A model generated the notes under the pieces. That model worked only from the letters and a program-made list of their open reading frames with translations, searched no databases and was not told the origin of the DNA. From positions 1,971-65,970 of the forward strand of contig DJZB01000063.1 in the NCBI GenBank assembly GCA_002450335.1: a stretch of 64,000 bases of DNA, read 5' to 3'. A program made the position numbers and the translations under genes. This document shows positions 49,229-60,305 of the stretch, piece by piece (the first letter of the stretch is position 1; every line of letters starts with the position of its first letter). The stretch comes from Rhodobiaceae bacterium UBA6963. Its GTDB lineage: Bacteria; Pseudomonadota; Alphaproteobacteria; RS24.

Positions 49229-50206
49229 ATGTTACCAGATATTTTAAAAGATAATTTACGACTTCCGATTATCGGGTCGCCCATGTTCATAGTTTCAAAT
49301 CCAACCCTGGTATCAGCTCAATGTAAAGCAGGTATAGTGGGCTCTTTCCCGGCACTTAATGCCAGACCTCAATCACTGTTGAAAGATTGGATTAGAGAGA
49401 TTAAAGACGATATCGCGGCTTATAAGGAAGAAAACCCAACAGCTAAAGTGGCACCCTTTGCAGTCAATCAGATTTGTCATGTTACAAATGATCGCCTTAT
49501 CCCCGATATGGAAACATGTGTTGAAGAAAAAGTGCCGATTATCATCACCAGTCTTCGTCCACCTCAAGAAATCGTAGATGCCGCTCATAGCTATGGCGGT
49601 CTGGTCTATCATGACGTCATTAATATGCGTCATGCCCGCAAAGCTGCTGAGGACGGAGTAGACGGCCTCATTCTTGTCGCAGCAGGTGCTGGCGGTCATG
49701 CAGGCATGTTGAGCCCCTTCGCAATTGTTCGTGAAGTAAAAAAATGGTTCGACGGAACAATTTTACTCTCCGGCGCAATTGGTGACGGTTTCTGCGTAGC
49801 TTCGGCACTCGCTATGGGGGCAGACTTGGCTTATATCGGCTCCCGCTTCATCGCAACCAAAGAAGCAAACGCGGAAGATGAATATAAACAAATGCTGGTG
49901 GACTCGGCTGCGGATGACATTGTTTATTCCTCCTTATTTACTGGCGTACATGGAAACTACCTAAAGCCCTCCGTGAGTAAAGCCGGTTTTGACCCTGATA
50001 ATTTACCTGAAGCAGACAAAACAACCATGAATTTTGGTTCTGGCGGCAATACGGATGCCAAGGCATGGAAAGATATCTGGGGTTGCGGTCAAGGTATTGG
50101 TAACATTGATAGTGTTGAAACTATCGGTGAAGTTGTTGACAGTCTTGAGGCTGAATACAAGGAAGCCATCGCTGAGTTGCAAAACAAGGAAGCAATGCTC
50201 GGTTAG
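49229..50206 (+). CDS. nitronate monooxygenase (NMO/FabK-like FMN oxidoreductase)
   Basis: PIIGSPMFIVSN, GSFPALNA and VAAGAGGHAG motifs. ATG at 49229 lies 6 nt after GAGGAG. Confidence 0.85.
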   Translation: MLPDILKDNLRLPIIGSPMFIVSNPTLVSAQCKAGIVGSFPALNARPQSLLKDWIREIKDDIAAYKEENPTAKVAPFAVNQICHVTNDRLIPDMETCVEEKVPIIITSLRPPQEIVDAAHSYGGLVYHDVINMRHARKAAEDGVDGLILVAAGAGGHAGMLSPFAIVREVKKWFDGTILLSGAIGDGFCVASALAMGADLAYIGSRFIATKEANAEDEYKQMLVDSAADDIVYSSLFTGVHGNYLKPSVSKAGFDPDNLPEADKTTMNFGSGGNTDAKAWKDIWGCGQGIGNIDSVETIGEVVDSLEAEYKEAIAELQNKEAMLG

Positions 50207-50257
50207 ACACCAAGCTTGCCCAAAAAACTTGTTTTAAAAATCTGTATTTTATAAAGC

Positions 50258-50332
<75 letters not shown>

Positions 50333-50379
50333 ATAAGCCTGCGTTTTATAACCTGAGCCGTCGGCTTGGTCTAGTGCAA

Positions 50380-51480
50380 TTATGGGCTTGTTGGTGAGGG
50401 TATAATACCTAAAGCATTATTTTGCAAACTCGACAAAAATAGTAATCCATTTTTTTCTTTTACATTAGTGACGGCATAAATATCCGAGTGTCGCGCATCC
50501 AACGCATGAACAACCTTACCGTCTTTATCCAGATATAAGGCCCATGTTTCTTCCCATAAGGGTTCAAATTCAATAAGCCTCATAATCCTAAAAACAAGTT
50601 TCCGCATAAAAGACGATGGCATCAAAGAGTCCAAAGTTTTATCACGACCATTAACCAGCGCGACCCAGAAGCCTCCGTCAGGGGCTCTGGTTATGTTGTC
50701 TGGATAGCCGGGGAGATTCTCTGCAAACATTTCTGTTTGCCCGGCTTTGGGACCGGTTATCCAGTATTTTTTAATCCTGTATCGATATGTTTCAGCAACG
50801 AGAATAAAACCCTCGTCTTCCGATAGGGCTACGCCATTTGCAAAATGCAAACCATCCAACACAATCTGGGTTTTACCTGTTTTAAAATCGTAAGTGAGTA
50901 ATCGACCTGCTGCTGGCGTTTCCATCGCTTCAAAAACCGTATCTTCAAAGCCATAACGGGTAGATGCATCCGAGAACCAAACGACACCATCGCTTGAAAT
51001 ATCAAGATCATCGGCAAAGCGAATGGGTGTCCCATCTACCTCATTAGTAAGCGTTTTCAATTCCCCAGCTTGGGTAAACGCCAACAAACCCAAAGGGGCA
51101 TCAGCAATAATTAAATCACTTTGCGCACCTGTTATGATTTCTCGCGCAAATTGCATCGCCAGTGGGCGCCCACCTGTATTGAGGATATCTGTAAAATCAT
51201 TGGTTTTAGGATCAATTGCAATTACGCGCCCGTCTGCAAGACCTGAAAAAATAAAACCATTATCCGCAATCGCACTCCCCTCGGGTCCATAACCATCAAG
51301 TTCGATTAATCGCGCATCTGCGAGGCGATTGTTTCTTTCAAAGGGGGCTATCCCGGCAGGGTTTTTACCAGGAGTCCAGATTTCAGGCGAAATCCCGACT
51401 GGCCAGAAAAACAAATACCCGATTGGTATGGAGACCAATATCAGTAAGGCACCAATTATTTTTTTTGTTTTAAAGGTCAA
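50380..51480 (-). CDS. strictosidine synthase-like / SMP-30-gluconolactonase-LRE family beta-propeller protein with N-terminal membrane anchor
   Basis: 366 aa with an N-terminal TM (IIGALLILVSIPIGYLFF) and an ANGVALSEDEGFILVAET segment. The TTG start is preceded by GGGGAGGGG. Confidence 0.75.
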   Translation of the reverse strand: MTFKTKKIIGALLILVSIPIGYLFFWPVGISPEIWTPGKNPAGIAPFERNNRLADARLIELDGYGPEGSAIADNGFIFSGLADGRVIAIDPKTNDFTDILNTGGRPLAMQFAREIITGAQSDLIIADAPLGLLAFTQAGELKTLTNEVDGTPIRFADDLDISSDGVVWFSDASTRYGFEDTVFEAMETPAAGRLLTYDFKTGKTQIVLDGLHFANGVALSEDEGFILVAETYRYRIKKYWITGPKAGQTEMFAENLPGYPDNITRAPDGGFWVALVNGRDKTLDSLMPSSFMRKLVFRIMRLIEFEPLWEETWALYLDKDGKVVHALDARHSDIYAVTNVKEKNGLLFLSSLQNNALGIIPSPTSP

Positions 51481-51633
51481 TAACCCCTCCCCAAACTCTA
51501 AGTAGCATACATTTTGGCACTATGCATGTAACCCCGATAAATTCCCTCTATTGGCAATATTTATGTCAGCAGGTATAAATTTTAGAAGGGAATATAATAT
51601 CTATGAAGACAGTATAGATTTATGGGGGATAAT

Positions 51634-52128
51634 ATGTCTTACGATTATGAAAACATCGAACAAATCAAACAATTGAAATACAGATATTGCAGAGGCATTG
51701 ATAGCTGTAATATTGAAGAGCTTGGACGTGTCTTTACAGACGATGCCCGGATTAATTATCAGGGTGGAAGCTATACTTTCGAAGCCGAGGGTAAAGAGAA
51801 TATCCTAACTGCCATGAAATTTGCGTTTCATGACAAGCTTGTATCTTGTCATACTGTACATATGCCCATTATTGAAATAACTGGCGACACCACAGCAAAA
51901 GGCCAATGGCGATTGTTAGACTATGCAATGAATCTGGCTGAAGACAATAAAGTCACTGTCGGCGGAGCGGAGTATGTTGATGACTATGCCAAAAATGCTG
52001 ACGGGGTTTGGCAAATCAAACAATCTGCATATACACGCGTTTATGAACAGGTTTTCCTACAAGATGATCATAATCTTACCCACTACCAACTTGGGGGTGG
52101 CGTGGTTAAAGGCGAGTTTTCAATCTAG
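51634..52128 (+). CDS. SnoaL-like / NTF2-family protein
   Basis: The IEQIKQLKYRYCRGIDSCNIEELGRVFTDDA opening is typical of SnoaL_4-type proteins. ATG at 51634 follows GGGGGA. Confidence 0.7.
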   Translation: MSYDYENIEQIKQLKYRYCRGIDSCNIEELGRVFTDDARINYQGGSYTFEAEGKENILTAMKFAFHDKLVSCHTVHMPIIEITGDTTAKGQWRLLDYAMNLAEDNKVTVGGAEYVDDYAKNADGVWQIKQSAYTRVYEQVFLQDDHNLTHYQLGGGVVKGEFSI

Positions 52129-52176
52129 AAGCGGATAAGGTTAATAAGAACCGCGAAATTATAAAAAGGATTAAGT

Positions 52177-53118
52177 TTGGCAATACCTTATGTATTTGAA
52201 GATGAAATTGAACATGGGGTTTGCAAACGCTTAACCCCACTCATCAGACGTGTCATTTGCGACAATCCCGGCCCTTTCACTTATACGGGAACAACAACCT
52301 TCATTGTTGGCAATGGTGTTGTTGCTATAATTGACCCAGGTCCGAATAATGATTCACACCTAGACGCAATTATTGCGGCACTCGACCCAAGTGAAGTCGT
52401 TAGCCATATTCTGGTCACACACACGCACAGTGATCATTCTCCTTTGGCCAATGCACTTAAAGAAAGAACGGGCGCCAAGATATGTGGCTTTGCTGGTATT
52501 AATAACGACCGCACGCGCAACAAAAGCCAGATTGATACAAAAGTCGCTATAGAAGATGCAAACTTCGTCGAAATGGAAGAGGCCATCCAGCGAGACTTCA
52601 TCCCAGACATTCCACTTCTACATCAAGATATTATAAATGGGCCGGACTGGACGCTTGAAGCGATATACACGCCCGGACACATAAGCAATCATTTATGTTT
52701 TTTACTACATGAAGAAAAGACAATGTTCTCCGGTGACCATGTCATGGGCTGGGCAACCAGCGTTATCGTTCCACCGGATGGCAATATGGCAGATTATATG
52801 GAGTCTCTGGAGCGCTTATTAAGCTACGACCTTGAGTTGTTGCGCCCCACGCATGGACCGGAAATTCAAAACCCAAAAACATTTATCAAAGCCTATATTA
52901 CACATCGCCAAAATCGTGAGGAACAGATACTTGGCCAACTCGCCAAAGGAACGACACAAATTCAAGATATGATACCTGTACTATATGCAGACACCGACAA
53001 ACGGCTTTATCCTGCCGCAGCAATGTCGGTTCTTGCTCATCTCGAAGGTCTTGTGCGTACAGGTAAAGTTGTCTGTGACACCGAAATAAAATTATCTTCA
53101 AATTTTCAATTAAAATAA
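52177..53118 (+). CDS. MBL-fold metallo-hydrolase
   Basis: VTHTHSDH metal-binding motif. The TTG start is preceded by AAGGA. Confidence 0.85.
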   Translation: MAIPYVFEDEIEHGVCKRLTPLIRRVICDNPGPFTYTGTTTFIVGNGVVAIIDPGPNNDSHLDAIIAALDPSEVVSHILVTHTHSDHSPLANALKERTGAKICGFAGINNDRTRNKSQIDTKVAIEDANFVEMEEAIQRDFIPDIPLLHQDIINGPDWTLEAIYTPGHISNHLCFLLHEEKTMFSGDHVMGWATSVIVPPDGNMADYMESLERLLSYDLELLRPTHGPEIQNPKTFIKAYITHRQNREEQILGQLAKGTTQIQDMIPVLYADTDKRLYPAAAMSVLAHLEGLVRTGKVVCDTEIKLSSNFQLK

Positions 53119-53119
53119 A

Positions 53120-54757
53120 TCAGGCATCAGCAGCCGTTGGAAGAACATAATCCTTAAACTGTTCACGTAGCGTCAGCTTTTGAATTTTTCCGGTTGCTGT
53201 ATGGGGAATTTCTTCAACGAAGACCACATCATCCGGCATCCACCATTTGGCGATTTTGCCTTCCATAAAGCCCAACACATCTTCACATGATAAATCTACA
53301 TCTTCTTTTTTAATCACAATAAGAATGGGTCGTTCATCCCATTTCGGGTGCGCCACACCAATCACGGCGGCTTCAACAATGTCGGGATGACCAACGGCAA
53401 TATTTTCAAGCTCAATGGAAGAAATCCATTCACCCCCGGATTTCACAACATCTTTGGAGCGATCGGTAATTTGCATGAAGCCGTCAGCATCAAGGGTTGC
53501 GACATCGCCAGTATCAAAGAATCCGTCTGCATCTAGAACATCACCACCATCTCCCTTCATATAGCTTTCAATTATAAAGGGCCCTTTGACTTTTAAAATC
53601 CCGAAGGTTTTGCCGTCGCGAGGTAATTCATTACCATCATCGTCAGTAATTTTCATTTGAACAAGAAAGGGGGGACGCCCCTGCTTCACCTTCATGTCCA
53701 CACGTTCATCAAAGGAAAGAGTTTGCATTTTCCCTGTCAAAACACCCATCGTCCCTAAAGGGGATAATTCAGTCATGCCCCAGGCGTGGTTAACCTCTAC
53801 ATCATAATCTTTTTCAAATTTCTCAATCATCATGCGCGGGGCTGCTGAGCCACCAATCACGACAGAGTCCAGATAAGGTAATTTTAGTTTTTGATCCTCA
53901 AGATGTTGCAACAACATAAGCCAGACGGTTGGCACAGCAGCAGTAAAACTTACCTGTTCAGTATCAAGAAGCTCAAATATGCTAGCCCCATCCATTTGCG
54001 GCCCGGGATTAACCATAGCCGCGCCAACCATAGGGCAAGTAAAAACCAGCCCCCAAGCATTGGCATGGAACATAGGGACAACCGGCATCACAACGGATTT
54101 ACTCCCAAGTCCCATCACATCTTTGCTCACAGCAATCAAAGAATGTAGAACATTGGAACGATGGGAGTAAATGACCCCTTTAGGGTTTCCTGTAGTACCA
54201 GAGGTGTAACAAATGCCGCAGGCATCATTTTCATCAACCTGCACCCAACTGAAATCACCATCTTGGGCGCCGATAAGTGTTTCATAACAATGAGCATTAT
54301 CCAGCGACGTTTGGGGCATTTCATCTTCATCACAATAAATAATGAAGCCTTTGACAGTATCAAGCTTGTCCTGAAGAGCCTCAAGAATAGGTACAAATGT
54401 CAGATCGACAAAAATGTACTTATCTTCAGCATGATTAATTATATAAATAAGTTGGTCGGCAAATAGTCGTGGATTGAGAGTATGGTAAACGGCACCTATG
54501 CCGGTGATTGCGTACCAGCTTTCAAAATGCCTATGATTATTCCAAGCCAATGTAGCAACAACATCACCCTTACCCATCCCAAGCGATTGAAGCGCCTGAG
54601 ACATTTTTCTGGCTCTCAAATGTGCCTCAGAATAGGTTTCCCTATGGATTTTGCCACCCACTAATCGTGAGACAATCTCAATATCTGAATGATAAATATT
54701 TGCATGATCAAGAATATCGTTAACCAGCAATGCCGATGTCTGCATTCTTCCAAGCAT
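53120..54757 (-). CDS. long-chain fatty-acid--CoA ligase (AMP-dependent synthetase)
   Basis: [24 protein letters not shown], and a C-terminal TATGKIQK. Confidence 0.9.
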   Translation of the reverse strand: MLGRMQTSALLVNDILDHANIYHSDIEIVSRLVGGKIHRETYSEAHLRARKMSQALQSLGMGKGDVVATLAWNNHRHFESWYAITGIGAVYHTLNPRLFADQLIYIINHAEDKYIFVDLTFVPILEALQDKLDTVKGFIIYCDEDEMPQTSLDNAHCYETLIGAQDGDFSWVQVDENDACGICYTSGTTGNPKGVIYSHRSNVLHSLIAVSKDVMGLGSKSVVMPVVPMFHANAWGLVFTCPMVGAAMVNPGPQMDGASIFELLDTEQVSFTAAVPTVWLMLLQHLEDQKLKLPYLDSVVIGGSAAPRMMIEKFEKDYDVEVNHAWGMTELSPLGTMGVLTGKMQTLSFDERVDMKVKQGRPPFLVQMKITDDDGNELPRDGKTFGILKVKGPFIIESYMKGDGGDVLDADGFFDTGDVATLDADGFMQITDRSKDVVKSGGEWISSIELENIAVGHPDIVEAAVIGVAHPKWDERPILIVIKKEDVDLSCEDVLGFMEGKIAKWWMPDDVVFVEEIPHTATGKIQKLTLREQFKDYVLPTAADA

Positions 54758-54894
54758 GTTTCCCCCACTAACCTATCTTGATTTTTTTAGGACTTCATAA
54801 TGACTGTAAACAGACGCATAAAGAAAACTTAAGATAGACGTACTGGCGGTGTAATTCAATAACAACCAAGTCAAAAGAGTGGAAGATATTAACC

Positions 54895-55494
54895 TTAAGG
54901 AAACAATCTGGTTGTCTGCCAGTCAGACGTATCATTTGAACGACGATAGACAATTCTATCATGCAGTCTGAAGTCACCATCCTGCCAAAATTCTATTTCT
55001 TGTGGTTTAATCAACCAGCCGGACCAATGCGTCGGACGAGGCACTTTTTGGTCAGCAAACTTTTCCTCAAACTCCTTAACGCGCGCCTCCAGCGTTTCTC
55101 TATCTGACAGCGGAGTAGATTGCTTTGATGCCCAAGCACCAATCTGACTACCTCTTGAACGTGATGCATAATACTGATCTGCATCCTCATCACAAACTTG
55201 TTCAACCTTTCCTCTTACCCGCACCTGACGGTTTAGTGATTTCCAGTGAAAACATAAAGCAGCCTTATGAGAAGAAGAAAGCTCATTGCTCTTTGCACTC
55301 TCCAAATTGGTGTAAAATACAAACCCATCATCATTGACGCCTTTAAGAAGCACGACCCGAACATTTGGCATACCAATGTCGTCCACTGTAGCGACGGACA
55401 TGGCATTGGGATCATTCATCTCTGTTTTTTCAGCTTCAGATAACCAAGCTACAAATGCAGTAATAGGATTGTCTGGTGGAGATTGAAAATTCAT
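54895..55494 (-). CDS. pdxH: pyridoxamine 5'-phosphate oxidase
   Basis: 199 aa with NVRVVLLKG, FVFYTNLES, and a C-terminal IEFWQDGDFRLHDRIVY...W...RLFP. Confidence 0.93.
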   Translation of the reverse strand: MNFQSPPDNPITAFVAWLSEAEKTEMNDPNAMSVATVDDIGMPNVRVVLLKGVNDDGFVFYTNLESAKSNELSSSHKAALCFHWKSLNRQVRVRGKVEQVCDEDADQYYASRSRGSQIGAWASKQSTPLSDRETLEARVKEFEEKFADQKVPRPTHWSGWLIKPQEIEFWQDGDFRLHDRIVYRRSNDTSDWQTTRLFP

Positions 55495-55599
55495 GGATAC
55501 CTTTCGAATATTTCATTTTTAAAATAGACTGATTTTTCTTATATTCAAAACTGGAACGAAATGAACCATAAACATTAAAAAGATAAGGGAGTTACGACT

Positions 55600-56082
55600 T
55601 TGTTTTCAATAAAAACCCCAGTGATTTGGTCAACTGTTATTGCGTTTTCATTAATTCAAGCTGGCTGTGCTGAAAATCCGAACAGACAGCAAGAAATAGG
55701 TGCTGTGACTGGCTTATTGCTGGGAGGCCTTGTTGGCTCACAAATAGGCGACGGAAAAGGCAGAAACGCAGCAATTGTCGCAGGTGCGCTGTTGGGCACT
55801 CTTGCAGGTAGCGAGATCGGTCGTCGCCTTGATGAGGCCGACAGAATGAAAATGGGCATGGCGACATCAGATGCGTTGAATAATAATAAAATTGGCACAT
55901 CCAGTCGCTGGCAGAGCGATCGCTCAGATATTGCCGGCGCTGTTACACCTACCCGCGATTATACCGATGAAAACGGGAATTATTGCCGCGAAATCAAGCA
56001 AACAGTCGTAATTGGGGGCGAAACCCAACAAGAGACAGGCCAAGCCTGCCGCGAAAAAGACGGGTCTTGGTCATTAAGCTGA
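55600..56082 (+). CDS. 17-kDa surface antigen-like lipoprotein (glycine zipper)
   Basis: Lipobox LIQAGC, glycine-zipper GLLLGGLVGSQIGDGKG...GALLGTLAGSEIG, and a C-terminal Cys pair (YCREIKQ...QACREKDGSW). The TTG start lies 7 nt after AAGGGAG. Confidence 0.8.
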   Translation: MFSIKTPVIWSTVIAFSLIQAGCAENPNRQQEIGAVTGLLLGGLVGSQIGDGKGRNAAIVAGALLGTLAGSEIGRRLDEADRMKMGMATSDALNNNKIGTSSRWQSDRSDIAGAVTPTRDYTDENGNYCREIKQTVVIGGETQQETGQACREKDGSWSLS

Positions 56083-56239
56083 CCCAAAAGACTTAAAAAA
56101 ACCTGTATATTTCCTTTTCTTGGTTTATGAGGGGGGGCAATCCACCCTATAATGATTGAGTCGTTCATTGCATCGTCTTGGTAACACTCTTTTAAATGGG
56201 TGTCTTAATATGCGTGAAGCTGAAAAAAGGAAAACTAAA

Positions 56240-57061
56240 ATGTCGGGTATGATGCAAGGTAAACGCGGTCTCATAATGGGCGTGGCTAACAAAAACTCAA
56301 TCGCTTGGGGCATTGCCCGCGCCTGTGCCGATGCGGGAGCGGAACTCGCTTTCACTTATCAGGGCGAAGCGCTTGAAAAGCGAGTGTTCCCTCTAGCTGA
56401 GTCAGTAGGCGCAAATATTGTTGAACCCTGCGATGTAACTGACGAAGCTAGCCTTTCAGCACTATTTGAGAAGCTTAAAACAGAATGGGGCCATCTGGAT
56501 TTTGTTGTTCATGCTATTGCCTTTGCCGGTAAAGAAGAATTGATGGGTCGTTATGTCGACACTTCTTCAAAAGCATTTGATATGGCTCTGAATATCTCGT
56601 GCTATTCCTTCACGGCAGTTTGCCGTCATGCCGAGCCACTAATGTCGGATGGAGGGTCTTTGCTCACCCTATCTTATTACGGTGCAGAGAAAGTCATCCC
56701 TCATTATAATGTTATGGGCGTTGCCAAAGCGGCGCTCGAAGCAAGCGTTCGTTACCTTGCCACAGATTTGGGTCCCGAGGGTTTGCGTGTAAATGGCATT
56801 TCTGCAGGCCCAATCCGCACTCTTGCCGCTGCAGGGATTGGTGATTTCAAGGAAATGCTTAAATGGAATGAAGCAAATGCGCCATTACGCCAAAATGTGA
56901 CACAAGAACAAGTTGGTCAATCAGCTCTGTATCTCTTATCTGATATGGGTTCAGGTGTTACAGGTGAAATTCATTATGTGGATTGTGGCTATAATACAAT
57001 TGGTTTGGCTGCATTTGAAAACCTTAAGGATAAAAAACCAGCAATATCTGAGCCTGAATAA
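56240..57061 (+). CDS. fabI: enoyl-[acyl-carrier-protein] reductase (NADH) FabI
   Basis: MQGKRGLIMGVANKNSIAWGIA N-terminus and YNVMGVAKAALE (catalytic Y/K). The track start 56156 is an upstream extension. Confidence 0.93.
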   Translation: MSGMMQGKRGLIMGVANKNSIAWGIARACADAGAELAFTYQGEALEKRVFPLAESVGANIVEPCDVTDEASLSALFEKLKTEWGHLDFVVHAIAFAGKEELMGRYVDTSSKAFDMALNISCYSFTAVCRHAEPLMSDGGSLLTLSYYGAEKVIPHYNVMGVAKAALEASVRYLATDLGPEGLRVNGISAGPIRTLAAAGIGDFKEMLKWNEANAPLRQNVTQEQVGQSALYLLSDMGSGVTGEIHYVDCGYNTIGLAAFENLKDKKPAISEPE

Positions 57062-57114
57062 AAGTCAGAAACTGATGCGCTTAAAACCTTTTTTGAAACT
57101 CGAAACAGAAATAA

Positions 57115-58209
57115 ATGTCACATAATTCATTTGGTCATCTTTTTAAATTTACAAGCTGGGGCGAGAGTCATGGTCCTGCGATTGGCTGTGTAGTCGACGG
57201 AACGCCCGCGCGCATTCCTTTGCTTGAGAGAGATATCCAGCATTTTCTGGATCGGCGTAAGCCGGGGCAAAATCGTTTCACCACGCAACGACAAGAACCG
57301 GATGAAGTCAAAATCTTGTCAGGCGTTTTTGAAGACCCGGAAACCGGTGAACAGGTGACGACGGGTACACCAATTTCATTACACATTGAAAACACAGACC
57401 AACGATCAAAAGATTATTCAGATATAAAAGATAGCTACCGACCCGGTCATGCAGACTTCACCTATACCGAGAAATACGGCATTCGGGACTATAGAGGCGG
57501 CGGTCGACAATCAGCTCGCGAAACGGCAACACGCGTTGCCGCTGGTGCGATTGCGCGCAAAATTTTACCTGATGTCACTATTGTCGGGTCGCTGGTTCAA
57601 ATGGGACCGCATGCGATTAACCGGAATAATTGGGATGATGCAGAAATTGATAATAACCCCTTCTGGTGTCCTGACAAAGAAGCTGCCACAATGTGGGAGG
57701 ACTATCTTGACGATGTACGCAAAGCCGGATCATCCTGCGGTGCAATTATTGAAGTCACCGCTAAAAATGTGCCTGTCGGCCTTGGCGCTCCAATCTATGG
57801 TAAGCTGGATGCTGACCTGGCAAGTGCTATGATGAGCATCAATGCCGTTAAAGGGGTTGAAATCGGAGAGGGGTTTGCAGCCGCTGCTTTGTCCGGTGAA
57901 ATGAATGCCGATGAAATGTCAGCGTCCAAAAGTGATCAAAATTCGCCAGAATTTTCAAGTAATCATGCCGGAGGGATTCTAGGCGGCATCTCAACCGGTC
58001 AAGACATAACATTACGGTTTGCAGTCAAACCGACCTCATCTATTTTGACACCGCGCAAAACCATTACTTCATCCGGTGAAGAAACTGAAATCATTACAAA
58101 AGGGCGCCATGACCCTTGTGTTGGCATCCGCGCTGTACCTGTTGGTGAGGCGATGATGGCTATAGTTCTTGCTGACCATTTTCTCAGAAACCGTGGACAA
58201 AACGGATAG
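57115..58209 (+). CDS. aroC: chorismate synthase
   Basis: [44 protein letters not shown] and RHDPCVG motifs. Confidence 0.96.
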   Translation: MSHNSFGHLFKFTSWGESHGPAIGCVVDGTPARIPLLERDIQHFLDRRKPGQNRFTTQRQEPDEVKILSGVFEDPETGEQVTTGTPISLHIENTDQRSKDYSDIKDSYRPGHADFTYTEKYGIRDYRGGGRQSARETATRVAAGAIARKILPDVTIVGSLVQMGPHAINRNNWDDAEIDNNPFWCPDKEAATMWEDYLDDVRKAGSSCGAIIEVTAKNVPVGLGAPIYGKLDADLASAMMSINAVKGVEIGEGFAAAALSGEMNADEMSASKSDQNSPEFSSNHAGGILGGISTGQDITLRFAVKPTSSILTPRKTITSSGEETEIITKGRHDPCVGIRAVPVGEAMMAIVLADHFLRNRGQNG

Positions 58210-58217
58210 AGTTTTAC

Positions 58218-58865
58218 ATGCAATGTCATTTGTATTTGATTACGCCGCCCGCTTTAGATTTAGAGAGTTTTCCCGACCTATTAGATAAAACGCTAGCTGC
58301 CGGAGATGTCGCTTGTCTGCAGTTACGCTTAAAGCAATCTGACGAGACACCCGTCGCTGACGGTCTCATTCTTCAAGCGGCAGAAAAACTTCTTCCAATT
58401 GCTCATAAGCATGATGTGAGTTTGCTAATCAATGACCGCGCAGACCTAGCCCTTACAGTTGGCGCAGATGGTGTGCATATAGGCCAAGACGACACGCCTT
58501 ATGCAGAAGCACGACAAACACTTGGTCAAGATGCAATTATTGGCGTAACCTGCCACGACAGCCGTCACCTTGCTATGCTTGCAGGTGAGGAAGGCGCCGA
58601 TTATATAGCCTTTGGTGCTTTTTTTCCGACATCCACCAAAACGCCCTCCACTCAAGCCACCCCGGACTTGCTGACATGGTGGCAGGAAACAACGGAGCTG
58701 CCTTGTGTTGCCATTGGCGGCATCACGACTGAAAATGCGCCCATACTGATAAAAGCGGGCGCAGACTTTCTCGCTGTTTCCGGGGGCGTTTGGGGCTACA
58801 CTCATGGACCGGAAGAAGCTGTAAAATCGTTCAACGCGCTTTTTCTTTCCTCAGATGAAAGCTAG
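58218..58865 (+). CDS. thiE: thiamine-phosphate synthase
   Basis: LYLITPP opening, LQLRLK, INDRADLAL, GADGVHIGQDD and AIGGIT motifs. Confidence 0.9.
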   Translation: MQCHLYLITPPALDLESFPDLLDKTLAAGDVACLQLRLKQSDETPVADGLILQAAEKLLPIAHKHDVSLLINDRADLALTVGADGVHIGQDDTPYAEARQTLGQDAIIGVTCHDSRHLAMLAGEEGADYIAFGAFFPTSTKTPSTQATPDLLTWWQETTELPCVAIGGITTENAPILIKAGADFLAVSGGVWGYTHGPEEAVKSFNALFLSSDES

Positions 58866-58941
58866 GCTTTTTTTTAGAAACTGAAAGTGTTATCAGTGCG
58901 ACACGACTGATCCTAATATGGTCAGTTCTTGAGGAGCTAAC

Positions 58942-59505
58942 ATGAAAATCAATGGCAATGAAATCCGTCCAGGCAATGTTATCCAACATAATGGAGAACT
59001 ATGGGTAGCAGTCAAACTGCAACATGTTAAGCCCGGCAAAGGCGGAGCATTTGCTCAAGTCGAGCTTAAGAACCTTCTCAACGGATCAAAACTAAATGAA
59101 AGATTCCGCTCCGCTGATAAAATTGAGCGCGTACGACTGGAACAAAGAGATTATCAATTTCTGTATGAAGCCGACAATGCGCTAACTTTCATGGACACAG
59201 AAACTTATGACCAAATTGAATTACAAACTGAGTTTGTCGGAGAACGAGCTGCTTTCTTGCAAGATGGCATGATGGTGGTTGTCGAGATTCATGAGGGCAA
59301 GCCAATTGGAGTTCGGCTCCCCGATCAAGTAACTCTGGAAATTTCTGAAACTGAACCTGTTGTAAAGGGTCAGACAGCGGCGTCATCCAACAAACCTGCC
59401 ATACTTGAAAATGGGGTAAGGGTTATGGTACCGCCATTTGTAGAAGCCGGTGACAAAATTGTTGTTGAAACAAATGAAGTCGTTTACCTGAAGCGTGCTG
59501 ATTAG
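58942..59505 (+). CDS. efp: translation elongation factor P
   Basis: 187 aa with the KPGKGGAF loop bearing the modified-residue position. Confidence 0.96.
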   Translation: MKINGNEIRPGNVIQHNGELWVAVKLQHVKPGKGGAFAQVELKNLLNGSKLNERFRSADKIERVRLEQRDYQFLYEADNALTFMDTETYDQIELQTEFVGERAAFLQDGMMVVVEIHEGKPIGVRLPDQVTLEISETEPVVKGQTAASSNKPAILENGVRVMVPPFVEAGDKIVVETNEVVYLKRAD

Positions 59506-60291
59506 ATGCCGGCTACCTCCCCCACACTGAATGTTATGATGCTTGCAGCCCGCAAGGCTGCTAGAGATTTACGCCGTGATTTTGGAGAGGTTGAAAATCT
59601 TCAAGTCTCAAAAAAAGGACCAGGAGATTTTGTATCCAATGCCGATTTGAAAGCAGAAAAAACAATTTTTGAAGAGCTTTCGCATGCTAGGCCCGGCTAT
59701 GGCTTCATCATGGAAGAAAGTGGTGTTCATGAGGGCAAAGACAAAACCCATAATTGGATTGTCGACCCGCTGGACGGCACAAGCAATTTTCTCCACGGTA
59801 TCCCACATTTTGCTACATCTATCGCCTTAGAACGAGAAGGTCAGCTCGTTGCTGGCGTTGTCTATAATCCTGTCACTGATGAAATGTATTATGCCGAAAA
59901 AGGCACGGGCGCTTACTTTAATGATAAGCGTATGCGGGTAGCAGGACGCACCCACCTTTCTGATGCCGTATTTGCCTGTGGCATTCCTCATGGTGAGCGC
60001 GCCGGTCAGGATGCTTTTGCAAATGAAATTAAGACCCTACTCCCCAAAGTAGCAGGTGTTCGGCGCTTTGGAGCTGCCGCGTTGGATTTAGCCTATGTCG
60101 CCGCAGGGCGCGTTGACGGTTTTTGGGAGCGTGGACTTTCATCATGGGATATGGCAGCAGGTGTTGTGCTTGTAAGAGAAGCCGGCGGTATAGTGACTGA
60201 CCTCAAAAATGCTTCGAACTTCCTCGAAACCGGCGACATCATCGCCGCAAATGACACTCTGCATGATAGGCTGCTTCCTGAACTAGGATAG
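59506..60291 (+). CDS. suhB: inositol monophosphatase family protein (SuhB-like)
   Basis: WIVDPLDGTSNFLHG and WDMAAG motifs. Starts immediately after the efp stop. Confidence 0.9.
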   Translation: MPATSPTLNVMMLAARKAARDLRRDFGEVENLQVSKKGPGDFVSNADLKAEKTIFEELSHARPGYGFIMEESGVHEGKDKTHNWIVDPLDGTSNFLHGIPHFATSIALEREGQLVAGVVYNPVTDEMYYAEKGTGAYFNDKRMRVAGRTHLSDAVFACGIPHGERAGQDAFANEIKTLLPKVAGVRRFGAAALDLAYVAAGRVDGFWERGLSSWDMAAGVVLVREAGGIVTDLKNASNFLETGDIIAANDTLHDRLLPELG

Positions 60292-60305
60292 TTTGCTTCT
60301 CAGAT

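Noticed and set aside
51515-51529. Sigma-54-like TGGCAC element upstream of the SnoaL-like gene
   Set aside because: The downstream -12 element is absent at the required spacing (TGGCAC-TATGC-ATGT rather than TGGCACG-N4-TTGC).
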